Part shown: positions 63,446 through 64,000 of the stretch, one piece after another
Layout: each line of letters starts with the position of its first letter
Numbering within the stretch: position 1 is the first letter of the stretch
From: Malacoraja senta
Taxonomy: Eukaryota
Assembly: GCA_038087875.1 (NCBI GenBank)
Contig: CM075991.1
Span: forward strand, 372,001 to 436,000
Direction of reading: 5' to 3'
DNA: 64,000 nucleotides
Notes under the pieces: generated by a model
Databases searched by the model: none
Told to the model about the DNA's origin: nothing
The model's input: the letters and a program-made list of their open reading frames with translations, nothing else
Position numbers and translations under genes: made by a program

Positions 63446-64000
63446 GAACGAGACACAGAAAGCTGGAACACAACGCACACAAGCTAAGGCTTTTGAAATG
63501 GAAAAGAGACTGCTGGTGCCCTGCAATTTCCCTGCACCCTTCAGGCCGGCCAGAGTTAATGAAGTGCTTTTGAAGTGTAGTCACTATTACAATTTCAGAA
63601 ACACAACATCCAATTTAGGGTTGGAGCTATAGAGCAGGGAAACGGGCCCTTTGGCCCACCTTGTCCATGCGAACAAGGTCGTCTTTCTGAGCTAGTCACT
63701 TTCCATCCATGTAATCCAAAAAAAAAAAGGAAAACAAATTTTTTTTTTAAATGTTCGGCACGGACTTGAAGGGCCAGGATGGCCTGTTTCCGTGCTGTAA
63801 TGGTTAAATGGTAATGTCCAAATGTATTATAAACACTATAATTGTTCCCACCTCCGCTACTTTCTCTGGCAGCTCGTTCCATATAGTCACCACCCTCTGT
63901 GTGAAAAAGCTTTCCCTCACGTCCTCTAAGTGAAATTTGAGATAATCCTCTTCACAGTCCACTACACCATCAACTTCGGTGGTGTCTGCAAACTTACCAT

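Overview
This is eukaryotic, not prokaryotic, DNA. The repeat set (HE1-type V-SINEs with HER1/CR1 LINEs, Penelope, Rex1, Tc1) points to a cartilaginous fish, probably a skate or ray; that assignment is inference. The window holds the 5' part of STAMBP (AMSH) on the minus strand: a CpG-island promoter and non-coding exon 1 near 38.5 kb, then coding exons at 24508-24710, 10161-10236 and 2554-2649 that splice in frame into the MIT-domain region. A probable last coding exon and 3' UTR of a neighbouring minus-strand gene lies at 61.0-63.2 kb, next to a 200-N gap. Most of the rest is decayed, deeply nested transposons. Best observations: (1) a non-autonomous hAT-like TIR family, with two insertions here, that carries a TDP2-like first exon with its start codon, UBA-like domain and GT donor (Pack-TIR-like capture); (2) a second TIR-type insertion carrying another CpG-island-like fragment, containing a 28-bp perfect palindrome between 8-bp direct repeats that resembles a P-element excision footprint; (3) many tiny Penelope-derived elements with minimal hammerhead ribozyme motifs; (4) a duplicated two-hairpin unit in STAMBP intron 1. 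Repeat boundaries are by eye and approximate unless TSDs are quoted.
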